In this document: positions 17,326-25,001 of the stretch, one piece after another
Position numbering within the stretch: position 1 is the stretch's first letter
Layout of the letters: each line of letters begins with the position of its first letter
DNA from: a bacterium
GTDB lineage: Bacteria; Zhuqueibacterota; Zhuqueibacteria; Zhuqueibacterales; Zhuqueibacteraceae
Length of the DNA stretch: 25,001 nt
Direction: 5' to 3'
Assembly (NCBI GenBank): GCA_044869275.1
Contig: JBIOXB010000126.1
Location: 1-25,001 of the forward strand
Made by a program: the position numbers and the translations under genes
The notes under the pieces: model-generated
The model's database searches: none
What the model was told of the DNA's origin: nothing
Seen by the model: only the letters and a program-made list of their open reading frames with translations

Positions 17326-18028
17326 ATGAGCGACAATCGCCCCGACGGCGCAGCACTACAAAGCTCACTGCTCACCACCAAGCTCTACCCTCCGCCGAGA
17401 CGCATCGATCTGGTGCAACGTCCACGCCTGACGGAACGCCTCAATGAGAGCCTGCAGCGCCAGCTCACGCTCATTTCCGCTCCGGCGGGATTTGGCAAAA
17501 CCACTCTATTGAGCGAATGGATTCCGCGCAGCCCGCGCTGTGTCACTTGGGTGGCGCTCGACAAAGGTGACAACGACGCGATTCGTTTTTGGAGCTACGT
17601 TGTCACCGCACTGCAAACATTGCAGGCCGATCTTGGAAAAAACACGCAGGCTTTGCTCGATTCCCCGAATTCGCCAACGATTGAGACGATACTCACCAGC
17701 CTGGCAAATGAAATCATCGCCTTCCCTGATGCCCTCGCGCTCGTGCTTGATGAAGGAAGCGATCGAGCATGCCATTGCCGCCCAAGACTGGGATCGCGCG
17801 GCAGGTTTGATCGAAATGGTGGCGCTGGAACGCGCCCTCACACTCGCCGAGCCGGAAGGCTTGAAACTTATTGCCAGCGGCTTGTCCAACCCAGATATCG
17901 CCCGCAAGCTCTTTGTGGCGACCAGCACGGTGAAACGGCATATCAACAACATCTACGCCAAGTTGAGTGTCCACAGCCGCACGCAAGCGGTGGCGAAGGG
18001 GAAGGAAATCAAGCTGTTGTCCGAGTAA
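17326..18028 (+). pseudogene. MalT/LuxR-type STAND regulator relic, copy 3 (at least three internal deletions)
   Basis: LLTTKLYPP, Walker A SAPAGFGKTTLL, cut at Walker B LVLD; then EAIEHAIAAQDWDRAAGLIE, LERALTLAEPEG and HTH LKLIASGLSN..STVKRHINNIYAKL in another frame. Confidence 0.92.
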
Positions 18029-18086
18029 ACTCTTCGTTCGCCTTTTATGGCATTCCGCTTTCGTGAAAATGATGCGAAAGCGCCTC

Positions 18087-18683
18087 TCAGTTTTTGACTA
18101 CGCTGTGCTTGCGCACAAAATCGATGACCTTTTGACTGTCTTCGGCGGCATTTACCTCGGCGTCTTTATAGACAACCTTGCCTTGCAGGTCTATGACAAA
18201 AGTCCAGCGTGACACGGTAACCATCCGCGCCAGCTCTTTTTCCTGGCCGGCAATGCTGCGGGTAATGACGCCACCTTTGCCAATCGGCACACCGAATTTT
18301 GTGGCGATGTCACCGCTGACGTCTGAGAGCAGGGTGAAATTCAATCGTTCAGCTTCCTGAAAGTACTTGAGATTTCTCACCGGATCGCCACTGATGCCGA
18401 CGACTTCGACGCTCATATTGTCGAAGCCGCTTTTTTGGTCGCGATAGCTGCAAGCCTGTTTGGTGCAACCGCCGGTCATAGCTGCGGGATAAAAATAAAC
18501 GACGAGATAGCCCCTGCCCACATGATCCTCGGATTTCCAGAGGTTGCCGTCCTGATCATTGGCAACGAACCCGGGGGCGTTGTCGCCCACCTGCAGCGTA
18601 TCACCGGCTGCTGCGAAAAGGTCGAGGCTAGCAGCTAGCGCCAGAACCAGTATAAGCAGGCCGGGAAAGCATTGGAAGTTCAT
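18087..18683 (-). CDS. Exported peroxiredoxin, BCP/PrxQ-like (AhpC/TSA family)
   Basis: VYFYPAAMTGGCTKQACSYRD (PxxxTxxC plus resolving Cys), VVGISGD, RWTFVID; signal peptide. Confidence 0.9.
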   Translation of the reverse strand: MNFQCFPGLLILVLALAASLDLFAAAGDTLQVGDNAPGFVANDQDGNLWKSEDHVGRGYLVVYFYPAAMTGGCTKQACSYRDQKSGFDNMSVEVVGISGDPVRNLKYFQEAERLNFTLLSDVSGDIATKFGVPIGKGGVITRSIAGQEKELARMVTVSRWTFVIDLQGKVVYKDAEVNAAEDSQKVIDFVRKHSVVKN

Positions 18684-18756
18684 TTTTCCACCTTTCTTGA
18701 AATGTGAGTAGCTTGCGAGGTTAAGGATTGAGGATTAAGTAACTTTCCCATTTCTC

Positions 18757-18827
18757 AAACCGCGAATGGACGCTAATAAACGCGAATTGAGAACCCATTA
18801 GCGTACATTCGCGTGAATTAGCGGTTT
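18757..18827. repeat. Decamer-period palindromic repeat (CGCGAAT / ATTCGCG family), copy 1
   Basis: AACCGCGAAT GGACGCTAAT AAACGCGAAT loop ATTAGCGTAC ATTCGCGTGA ATTAGCGGTT. Confidence 0.8.
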
Positions 18828-19021
18828 CAAAAAACGGACGAGTTATTTAAGCGGCGATCCCAAACATTCTCAGCGTGGCTGTGCCCAAAAATCACTTGAA
18901 TTTGAGCGATGCCGCATCCGCGCAACGCGGAAAAAAACCAAGCGCCTCTCAACAAAATTACGCGTTTTCAGTATTGCAGTCAAGCAGGGGAAAACAGATT
19001 TCTTCAATCGAATTCACCCGC

Positions 19022-19048
19022 TGTCCAAATCGCGAGTGCTCGAGCGTC
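19022..19048 (+). promoter_or_regulatory. Candidate ECF42-dependent promoter
   Basis: TGTCCA-17 nt-CGTC versus ECF42 consensus TGTCGA / CG(A/T)C, upstream of the DGPF/YciI gene in a cluster ending in an ECF42 sigma factor. Confidence 0.65.
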
Positions 19049-19131
19049 ATTGTAGTGGTGGAGCATGGTGCCCGCTCACAACCCGGTAGTGTCAAAATCT
19101 CTATAAGAATGAGTAAGTTTGAAATGAATGG

Positions 19132-19200
19132 CGATTTGCGATTGACGATTTTCGATTTACGAAGGGTTTATCAACATCTGAAGTCGCAAATCGTAAATCC
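19132..19200. repeat. Heptamer-period palindromic repeat (CGATTTN / AAATCG)
   Basis: CGATTTG CGATTGA CGATTTT CGATTTA ... AAGTCGC AAATCGT AAATCC. Confidence 0.75.
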
Positions 19201-19216
19201 ATGAAGGAGGATCCAA

Positions 19217-19606
19217 ATGCAATACATGCTGATGGACTATGTCGGCGAGGCCGGCTGGCCCGAACTGACCAGGGCCGAGCAAGAACACTGGTTGGGGGCC
19301 TACAGAGCGTACATGGAGGCCATGACGAAGGCGGGTGTCCTGAGAAGCAGCAAGGGCTTGGAGCCCACGTCGGCAGCGACGACGGTGCGCGTCGTAAACG
19401 GCAAAACCCAGGTGCTGGACGGCCCTTATGCCGACTCGAAAGAGCAGCTCGGCGGTTTTCATCTCATCGAGGTGGCCGATCTCGACGCCGCGATCTCGTG
19501 GGCAGCCCGCTCCCCGACCGCATTGCACGGTGTCGTCGAGGTGCGTCCAGTCAGGGAGGGCACGCTGCTAACCGCAGATATCAACGAATTCATTAAGCCG
19601 GAATGA
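19217..19606 (+). CDS. YciI/DGPF family protein
   Basis: MQYMLM, ATTVRV, VLDGPYADSKEQLGGFHLIE, VEVRPV; RBS AAGGAGG. Confidence 0.92.
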   Translation: MQYMLMDYVGEAGWPELTRAEQEHWLGAYRAYMEAMTKAGVLRSSKGLEPTSAATTVRVVNGKTQVLDGPYADSKEQLGGFHLIEVADLDAAISWAARSPTALHGVVEVRPVREGTLLTADINEFIKPE

Positions 19607-19696
19607 TCTGCCCTTGGGCATGAATTGGGCAGAGGGTGAGCAATTCGTGCACTCCTACTCTATGATTGTCGTTTGAATAACTTGCTCGTCTTTGGG

Positions 19697-19755
19697 AACC
19701 GCGAATTAACGCGAATGTGCGCGAATATGTTCTTAATTCGCGTTCATTCGCGGTG
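19697..19755. repeat. Decamer-period palindromic repeat (CGCGAAT / ATTCGCG family), copy 2
   Basis: AACCGCGAAT TAACGCGAAT GTGCGCGAAT loop ATTCGCGTTC ATTCGCGGTG. Confidence 0.8.
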
Positions 19756-19773
19756 AGAAAAAGGAGAACAGAC

Positions 19774-20340
19774 ATGCGAAAATTAGTCGTTTTCAATCAT
19801 GTGTCGCTGGATGGTTACTTTGTGGACGCGAACGGCGACATGAGTTGGGCCAAAGCAGATCACCTGGATGCGGAGTGGAATGCATTTGTCGCAGAAAATG
19901 CCAGTGGCGGAGGCGTGCTCGTGTTCGGCAGGATTACCTATGAGCTCATGGCAAGCTTCTGGCCGACGCCTTTCGCGATCGAGAATATGCCTGTTGTGGC
20001 CAAAGGGATGAACAGCATGCCGAAGGTGGTATTTTCGAGAACACTGGACAAGGCGTCGTGGAATAATACGAAGCTGGTGAAGGGCAGCATGGTGGCGGAG
20101 ATACGAAAGATGAAGAAAGAGCCCGGAGAGGGCATGGCGATTTTAGGAAGCGGCAGCATTGTTTCGCAATTGGCGCAGGAGGAGTTGATCGATGAATACC
20201 AGTTCGTGGTGAATCCCGTCGTTCTGGGCAGGGGAAGAACGATGTTTGACAGCGTCAAAGAGAAGCTCACCCTGAAGCGGACAAAGACGCGGGCCTTCGG
20301 CAATGGGAATGTCCTGTTGTGCTATGAGCCGGTGGCGTAA
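19774..20340 (+). CDS. Dihydrofolate reductase-like / RibD C-terminal family protein
   Basis: MRKLVVFNHVSLDGY, VFGRITYE, PKVVFSRTL, ILGSGSIV, LIDEY; ATG 19774 after AAGGAG. Confidence 0.92.
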   Translation: MRKLVVFNHVSLDGYFVDANGDMSWAKADHLDAEWNAFVAENASGGGVLVFGRITYELMASFWPTPFAIENMPVVAKGMNSMPKVVFSRTLDKASWNNTKLVKGSMVAEIRKMKKEPGEGMAILGSGSIVSQLAQEELIDEYQFVVNPVVLGRGRTMFDSVKEKLTLKRTKTRAFGNGNVLLCYEPVA

Positions 20341-20373
20341 AGATTCGTCTTGGCCTTTAATTTAGGAGGTGTT

Positions 20374-21234
20374 GTGCAATTTTCACTATCTGCAGTGCAC
20401 ATCCTGTTGACCGGTCTCGGATTCGGTGAGTCGCCGCGTTGGCATGAGGGCCGCCTGTGGTTCTCTAATTGGGGCATGCAGCAGGTCGTTGCCGTCGCTC
20501 TCGACGGCAAGAGCGAAGTTATGGCTCGCGTGCCCACCACCCTTCCATTTTGTATCGACTGGCTGCCCGATGGGCGCCTGCTCGTGGTCTCGGGACGTGA
20601 GCGGCTTCTTCTGCGCAGGGAACCCGACAGTTCGCTGGTGACTCACGCCGACCTGCGGCCACTCGCCGAACAGGTCTGCAACGAGATCGTTGTAGACGGC
20701 CGCGGCAATGCTTACATCAACGGCGGCGGATTTGACCCTCCCGGGCAGAAGGCCGCCTCGGGAATCATCGCGCTGGTCACACCCAACGGCTCGGCTCGAC
20801 AGGTGGCCGGCGGCCTCGCCTTTCCAAATGGCATGGCCGTGACGCCCGATAACTCGACTCTGATCATTGCCGAGTCCTTCGGCAAAAAACTTACCGCTTT
20901 CGACATCGCCGCGGACGGAAGCTTGTTGCATCGGCGGGTGTGGGCCGAGCTCGGCGATGGCGTCCCTGATGGCATCTGCATTGACGCTGACAATGCCGTC
21001 TGGTACGCCGACACTCCCAACAAGCGTTGCGTGCGTGTGCGCGAAGGTGGTGAGGTCCTGCAGACGGTCAACGTCGACCGCGGATGCTTCGCTTGCATGC
21101 TCGGAGGCGCGGACAGGAAAACGCTATTCATCATGGCGGCCGAGTGGCGTGGATTTGAGAAGATGATGGAGGGATTGGGAACAGGACAGGTGCTTATGGT
21201 CGAAGCGCCCGCACGTGGCGCTGGGTGGCCGTAG
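20374..21234 (+). CDS. SMP-30/gluconolactonase/LRE family beta-propeller
   Basis: FGESPRWHEGRLWFS, CNEIVVD, FPNGMAVTPD, PDGICIDA; GTG 20374 after AGGAGG. Confidence 0.92.
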   Translation: MQFSLSAVHILLTGLGFGESPRWHEGRLWFSNWGMQQVVAVALDGKSEVMARVPTTLPFCIDWLPDGRLLVVSGRERLLLRREPDSSLVTHADLRPLAEQVCNEIVVDGRGNAYINGGGFDPPGQKAASGIIALVTPNGSARQVAGGLAFPNGMAVTPDNSTLIIAESFGKKLTAFDIAADGSLLHRRVWAELGDGVPDGICIDADNAVWYADTPNKRCVRVREGGEVLQTVNVDRGCFACMLGGADRKTLFIMAAEWRGFEKMMEGLGTGQVLMVEAPARGAGWP

Positions 21235-21451
21235 GATATTGGTAATGTTTGCTGCGTCCAAAAAACACCTCGGCTTCTATCCCACGCCGTCAGCAGTGAG
21301 AGCTTTCGCGAAGGAGCTTTCGAAATTTGCCACGGCCAGTGCTTCGATCCAATTCCCATTGGATAAACCGCTTCCTCTAAGTCTGATCCGCAAGATTACC
21401 GCGTTTCGCGTGCGCGAGAGTATTGAAGAAGACGGAAAATGGAGAACGTGA
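21235..21451 (+). pseudogene. 5'-truncated DUF1801/YdhG-like (iron chaperone) gene fragment
   Basis: ILVMFAASKKHLGFYPTP..SIQFPLDKPLPLSLIRKI is the C-terminal half of the family; there is no room for the N-terminal half after the upstream stop. Confidence 0.75.
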
Positions 21452-22734
21452 CAGACAGCAACGCCTGGATCGAGTCCGAAGCGATGCGTGAACGCATGAA
21501 CTCACATGAAGGCGAGGCGCAAGCGCGTAGCACGGCGGATGCGGTCGCGCGTCGCAGCTATGGCAAGCTTGTCGCTTATCTCGCGGCACCCACGCGGGAC
21601 GTGGCGGCTGCGGAAGATGCCTTGTCGGAGGCATTCGCTTCTGCGCTGGCAGATTGGCCGAAGAAAGGCTGTCCGTCGAATCCGGAAGCGTGGCTGCTGA
21701 CCGTCGCGCGGCGCAGGATGATTGATGTCGCCCGGCGACGCCAACGCGGCGAGAAGGCAACCGAGCAGTTGCTGCTTCTCGCGGAAGGATTGGACGGCGC
21801 AGAGGCAGACGCTGAAATTCCGGATCATCGTCTCGCGTTGATGTTCGCCTGCGCGCATCCCGCCATTGAGGCCGGCATCCGCGCGCCGTTGATGCTGCAG
21901 TCGGTGCTCGGGCTGGATGCGAAGACGATCGCCTCGGCGTTCCTCATGTCTCCGGCGGCCATGAGCAAGCGACTGGTTCGTGCCAAGAACAAAATCCGGC
22001 AGGCCGGCATTCCATTCAGCATACCGGAGCGCGAGGAGCTTGCCGGGCGGCTCGATGCCGTGCTGGACGCCATCTACGCCGCCTTTGCGGAAGGCTGGAC
22101 TGACCCTGGCGGGACCGACATCACCCGTCGCGATCTCACCGGCGAAGCCATGTTTCTCGCCAGGCTCGCGACCGAACTGCTGCCGGAGGAGCCGGAAGCG
22201 CTGGGCCTGCTGGCCCTCATGCTGCACGCGGAAGCCCGGCGCCGCGCGCGGCGCAACGAGGAGGGCGAATACGTTCCGCTGGCCGAACAGAACCCGGAGC
22301 TGTGGGACTGGCGGATGATCGCTGAGGCCGAGGCACTGCTTCGGCGCGCCAGCACTCTGGGCTCCATTGGCCGGTATCAGCTCGAAGGCGCCTTGCAGTC
22401 AGCGCACGTCTATCGTCGTCGCACGGGTCACGCCAACTGGGCAGAGGTGGTGCAGCTTTACGATGCGCTGTCGGCGCTCACCGGCTCACCGGTGGTCGCC
22501 ATCAATCGCGCCCTGGCCATCGCGGAGTTGCAGGGCGCCAGTGCCGCCCTCGAGGCGATGCCAGCGGTGGCGGCCGATGTGCGGCTCGCGGAATACCAAC
22601 CCTACTGGGCAGCACGTGCGGAGCTGCTGGCCAAGACTGGCGCGCACCACGAGGCCCGCCAAGCCTACGAAATCGCGATCGGCCTCGAGCGTGATCCTGC
22701 GGTCCGCCGTTTCCTGCAGCGGCGAAGGAGTTGA
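21439..22734 (+). CDS. ECF sigma-70 factor with C-terminal DUF6596/TPR extension (ECF42 group)
   Basis: SYGKLVAYL, AEDALSEAF, NPEAWLLTVARRR, IPDHRLALMFACAHP, GRYQLEGALQSAH, YQPYWAARA; linked to a DGPF gene. True start may be 21484 or 21496. Confidence 0.9.
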   Translation: MENVTDSNAWIESEAMRERMNSHEGEAQARSTADAVARRSYGKLVAYLAAPTRDVAAAEDALSEAFASALADWPKKGCPSNPEAWLLTVARRRMIDVARRRQRGEKATEQLLLLAEGLDGAEADAEIPDHRLALMFACAHPAIEAGIRAPLMLQSVLGLDAKTIASAFLMSPAAMSKRLVRAKNKIRQAGIPFSIPEREELAGRLDAVLDAIYAAFAEGWTDPGGTDITRRDLTGEAMFLARLATELLPEEPEALGLLALMLHAEARRRARRNEEGEYVPLAEQNPELWDWRMIAEAEALLRRASTLGSIGRYQLEGALQSAHVYRRRTGHANWAEVVQLYDALSALTGSPVVAINRALAIAELQGASAALEAMPAVAADVRLAEYQPYWAARAELLAKTGAHHEARQAYEIAIGLERDPAVRRFLQRRRS

Positions 22735-22859
22735 AGGTATTGATGGAGTCGGCATTATTTGAAGGTAGAAGATCGAGGATCGAGAATCGCTGCACACTCA
22801 TTGCAATGCTTTTATTATCGCTTGAGCCAATTGTCTCATGTTTTAAAGGCGCTATTATT

Positions 22860-22977
22860 CAGACGGTGTGAAAACGCTTGGTTTCAACGCCGGCTGAGCT
22901 TGTCGAAGCTGGATTCTTGGACTTAGCACCCTTCGACAAGCTCAGGGTGCGGCATTTTCAAGTTTTCACACAGTCTG
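22860..22977. mobile_element. MITE-like element with nested inverted repeats
   Basis: Ends CAGACGGTGTGAAAAC / GTTTTCACACAGTCTG (1 mismatch); inner perfect 15-bp IR CTGAGCTTGTCGAAG (22894-22908) / CTTCGACAAGCTCAG (22931-22945); ATT on both flanks. Confidence 0.65.
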
Positions 22978-24120
22978 ATTGCCTATGAATGAGCCTATAA
23001 CTTTCGCCGCCGCCGGAGCGCCGATTAAAAACCCAAAAAAGGGACCAAAATCCTGGGTAGCTGGAAGGCTATTGAAAAACAAACCCGGGATATTACTTTG
23101 AAAATGTTCATCCAATATGGGGTAACCGTTTCGAGTAGCAAGCTTTTCCAGAATGTTTCCGGCTGAGAGAAACGGAATCCTATTCATTTGGACTTTGTAT
23201 CCGGTTGCAAGTAAAATATGATCAACAATCAAGGTTTTTCCGATATCAAGCTTCACTTGAAGCTCACCATTTGGCAATTCCTCGCAGCTCATCACTTGCG
23301 AATTTGGCCAACATGTAATCGTATCGGTTTTGATCCTGGGACCAAGCCACGGCTCCAGCTTTAATCTGCCTTCTTCCCAAAAATGCTTTGAGATTTTATC
23401 TCTCTCAGCGGAAGATAGTTTGCGGAACCAATCAGGCGTGGCGACCGTTGCGTCTACGAGTGGCTGCACCCATGACCAATCAGATGATTTAAACTCTGGC
23501 GTATCGTGGCGGTGAGAAATGTGAACAGTAACAACCCCGTTTTCGCTTGCTAAAGCGGCGCATTCAAGCGCACTTTGTCTGCCTCCGACAATCAAACATC
23601 GTTTACCTTTGAGAAACTCAAATCCAACGGCATCACATGAATGTGAGAACCTCCCCGCTGGAAAAATCCTGAGAAGCTCATCTGGAATATGCTTGAAATA
23701 TCCAAAACCCGTTGCGACAACAATGCATTGGGATACAATTTTCTCTCCATTCTGCAAAAGTGTTTCAAATCGATCAGAAGCGTAATTAAGACTAGAAGCT
23801 AGGACTGATTTAACGTCAATGTTTTTTTCTTTCTGAAACCAGCTTGCATATTCAAGAAAAAAATCTCGCGGAATGGGCTCAATTTCACTCGCCTTCAGAC
23901 CCTTTAATTGTAAATAATCATAAACTGTATGTGCCTCAAGTGGATCAATATGCCACCTACAATTTGATCGGAGAATCATGCCAGCAGGCATGTTTGATTT
24001 CCAGAAATCCATTGGCTTCCCGATAATCGTGAACTCTATGCCACGAGACCTGGCGTATGCAGCCATAGCAAGTCCATAAGGACCAGCTCCGATGATTAGT
24101 AAACTAACCTGTTTAGTCAT
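22966..24120 (-). CDS. FAD/NAD(P)-binding oxidoreductase (flavin monooxygenase-like)
   Basis: IIGAGPYG, VVATG, IVGGRQSALE, ILLATGY, SNIPGLFF; visibly AT-richer than its neighbours. Confidence 0.88.
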   Translation of the reverse strand: MTKQVSLLIIGAGPYGLAMAAYARSRGIEFTIIGKPMDFWKSNMPAGMILRSNCRWHIDPLEAHTVYDYLQLKGLKASEIEPIPRDFFLEYASWFQKEKNIDVKSVLASSLNYASDRFETLLQNGEKIVSQCIVVATGFGYFKHIPDELLRIFPAGRFSHSCDAVGFEFLKGKRCLIVGGRQSALECAALASENGVVTVHISHRHDTPEFKSSDWSWVQPLVDATVATPDWFRKLSSAERDKISKHFWEEGRLKLEPWLGPRIKTDTITCWPNSQVMSCEELPNGELQVKLDIGKTLIVDHILLATGYKVQMNRIPFLSAGNILEKLATRNGYPILDEHFQSNIPGLFFNSLPATQDFGPFFGFLIGAPAAAKVIGSFIGNQTV

Positions 24121-24257
24121 TGAATCCTCGCTATTGATTCATGCCAGCATCACCTCTTTTGTACGCCGACGAATTCCAACGGTTCTGTCTCTATCCAAAT
24201 GCTTCGTCCAATGCACCGAAAATTTGTTCCTGCAAATTGATTTATCGCGGTCTTATA

Positions 24258-24293
24258 TTGGGACACAAAATTGGATCGCAAACCAGGTCCCAA
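24258..24293. promoter_or_regulatory. Inverted repeat, candidate toxin-antitoxin operator
   Basis: TTGGGAC (24258-24264) / GTCCCAA (24287-24293) just before the antitoxin RBS. Confidence 0.4.
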
Positions 24294-24308
24294 ATTGGAG
24301 TATTAACT

Positions 24309-24542
24309 ATGATTCAGGCAAAGTTTACCATAGAAGAGGCACAAAGCCGATTTCTGAACCAGCATAAAAAATATGGGTTTAAAGACAAAAGCTCGGTAAT
24401 TCGAGCAGCTCTTGATCGTTCGCAAAAGGACCTCGAAAATGAAAAGCTCAGAATGAGCGCGGACTTGTACGCAGAAACGTATGAAGAAGATAAGGAACTC
24501 AGGAAGCTGACCGAGTCCGCTATTTCAGAGTGGCCGGAATGA
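24309..24542 (+). CDS. Putative ribbon-helix-helix-type antitoxin
   Basis: 77 aa, ATG 24309 after GGAG; MIQAKFTI strand, KSSVIRAALD helix, acidic tail; ATGA overlap with the toxin. Confidence 0.8.
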   Translation: MIQAKFTIEEAQSRFLNQHKKYGFKDKSSVIRAALDRSQKDLENEKLRMSADLYAETYEEDKELRKLTESAISEWPE

Positions 24543-24895
24543 ATAAGCTCAGGCGCGGCATGGTCATTGATGTCAATCTCGATCCAATACGTGGATCTGA
24601 AACCGGCAAAACCCGCCCCTGTGTGATTGTGACCAATGACGTTTACAATGCACGCGTCCCCGTGGTTCAGGTCGTTCCGATTACCGCATGGAATGAAAAG
24701 AAAAGCCGGATCATCACCAACGTCGTGATTGAACCCGACGCCGCCAATGGCATAACAAAAAAATCAGTAGCAGATTGCCTGCAAACCCGTCCGGTCGATC
24801 ACCGTTATTGGCTGGTCAAAATTCGAGGCCAGTTGGATGATGCAACGATACGAAGAATCGATCAGGCGTTGAAGAGGATTTTCGATTTGGGGTGA
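24539..24895 (+). CDS. mazF: PemK/MazF family endoribonuclease toxin
   Basis: RRGMVIDVNLDPIRGSETGKTRPCVIVTND, VVPIT, KKSVADCLQ, IDQALK. Confidence 0.93.
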   Translation: MNKLRRGMVIDVNLDPIRGSETGKTRPCVIVTNDVYNARVPVVQVVPITAWNEKKSRIITNVVIEPDAANGITKKSVADCLQTRPVDHRYWLVKIRGQLDDATIRRIDQALKRIFDLG

Positions 24896-25001
24896 GGAGA
24901 TAAGTGAGTTTAACGTATTTGATTTTCCCCTCCTAAGCAGAGTCTCCGCTGCAAATCATCCAATTGGTCATTCCCAGAACCAAAAGAGATTTAACAAGAA
25001 G

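Noticed and set aside
18757..19755. Short repeats as a CRISPR array
   Set aside because: Units are 7-10 nt, tandem and inverted, with no unique spacers and no cas genes.
1..25001. Complete DGR (template repeat, RT, avd) in the window
   Set aside because: No AAC-rich copy of the FGE tail and no RT motifs found by eye on either strand.

Overview
Bacterial accessory region of about 50-60% GC by eye; lineage cannot be fixed from the window (an FCB-group/KSB1-like origin is only a guess). It begins with housekeeping genes (amgK-like kinase fused to a RapZ C-terminal domain, murU) and continues through a patchwork: SAM methyltransferase, protealysin-emfourin pair, membrane-anchored NACHT-FGE protein, large phosphoesterase-like/Omp85 fusion, alpha-glucan phosphorylase, gluzincin lipoprotein, peroxiredoxin, an ECF42 sigma factor locus with its promoter, a flavoprotein and a MazF-type toxin-antitoxin pair. 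The most unusual signal is not in the ORF track: three same-strand, diverged relics of one MalT/LuxR-type STAND regulator (4698-5427; 7809-7857 plus about 11809-12064, split by the Omp85 gene; 17326-18028), each collapsed by deletions whose junctions look like 7-9 nt microhomologies. Four other gene relics accompany them, including a displaced second allele of a gene 3' end that differs only at synonymous sites over 32 codons. The NACHT-FGE tail resembles an orphan DGR variable region. No rRNA, tRNA, CRISPR array, transposase, integrase or reverse transcriptase was seen.
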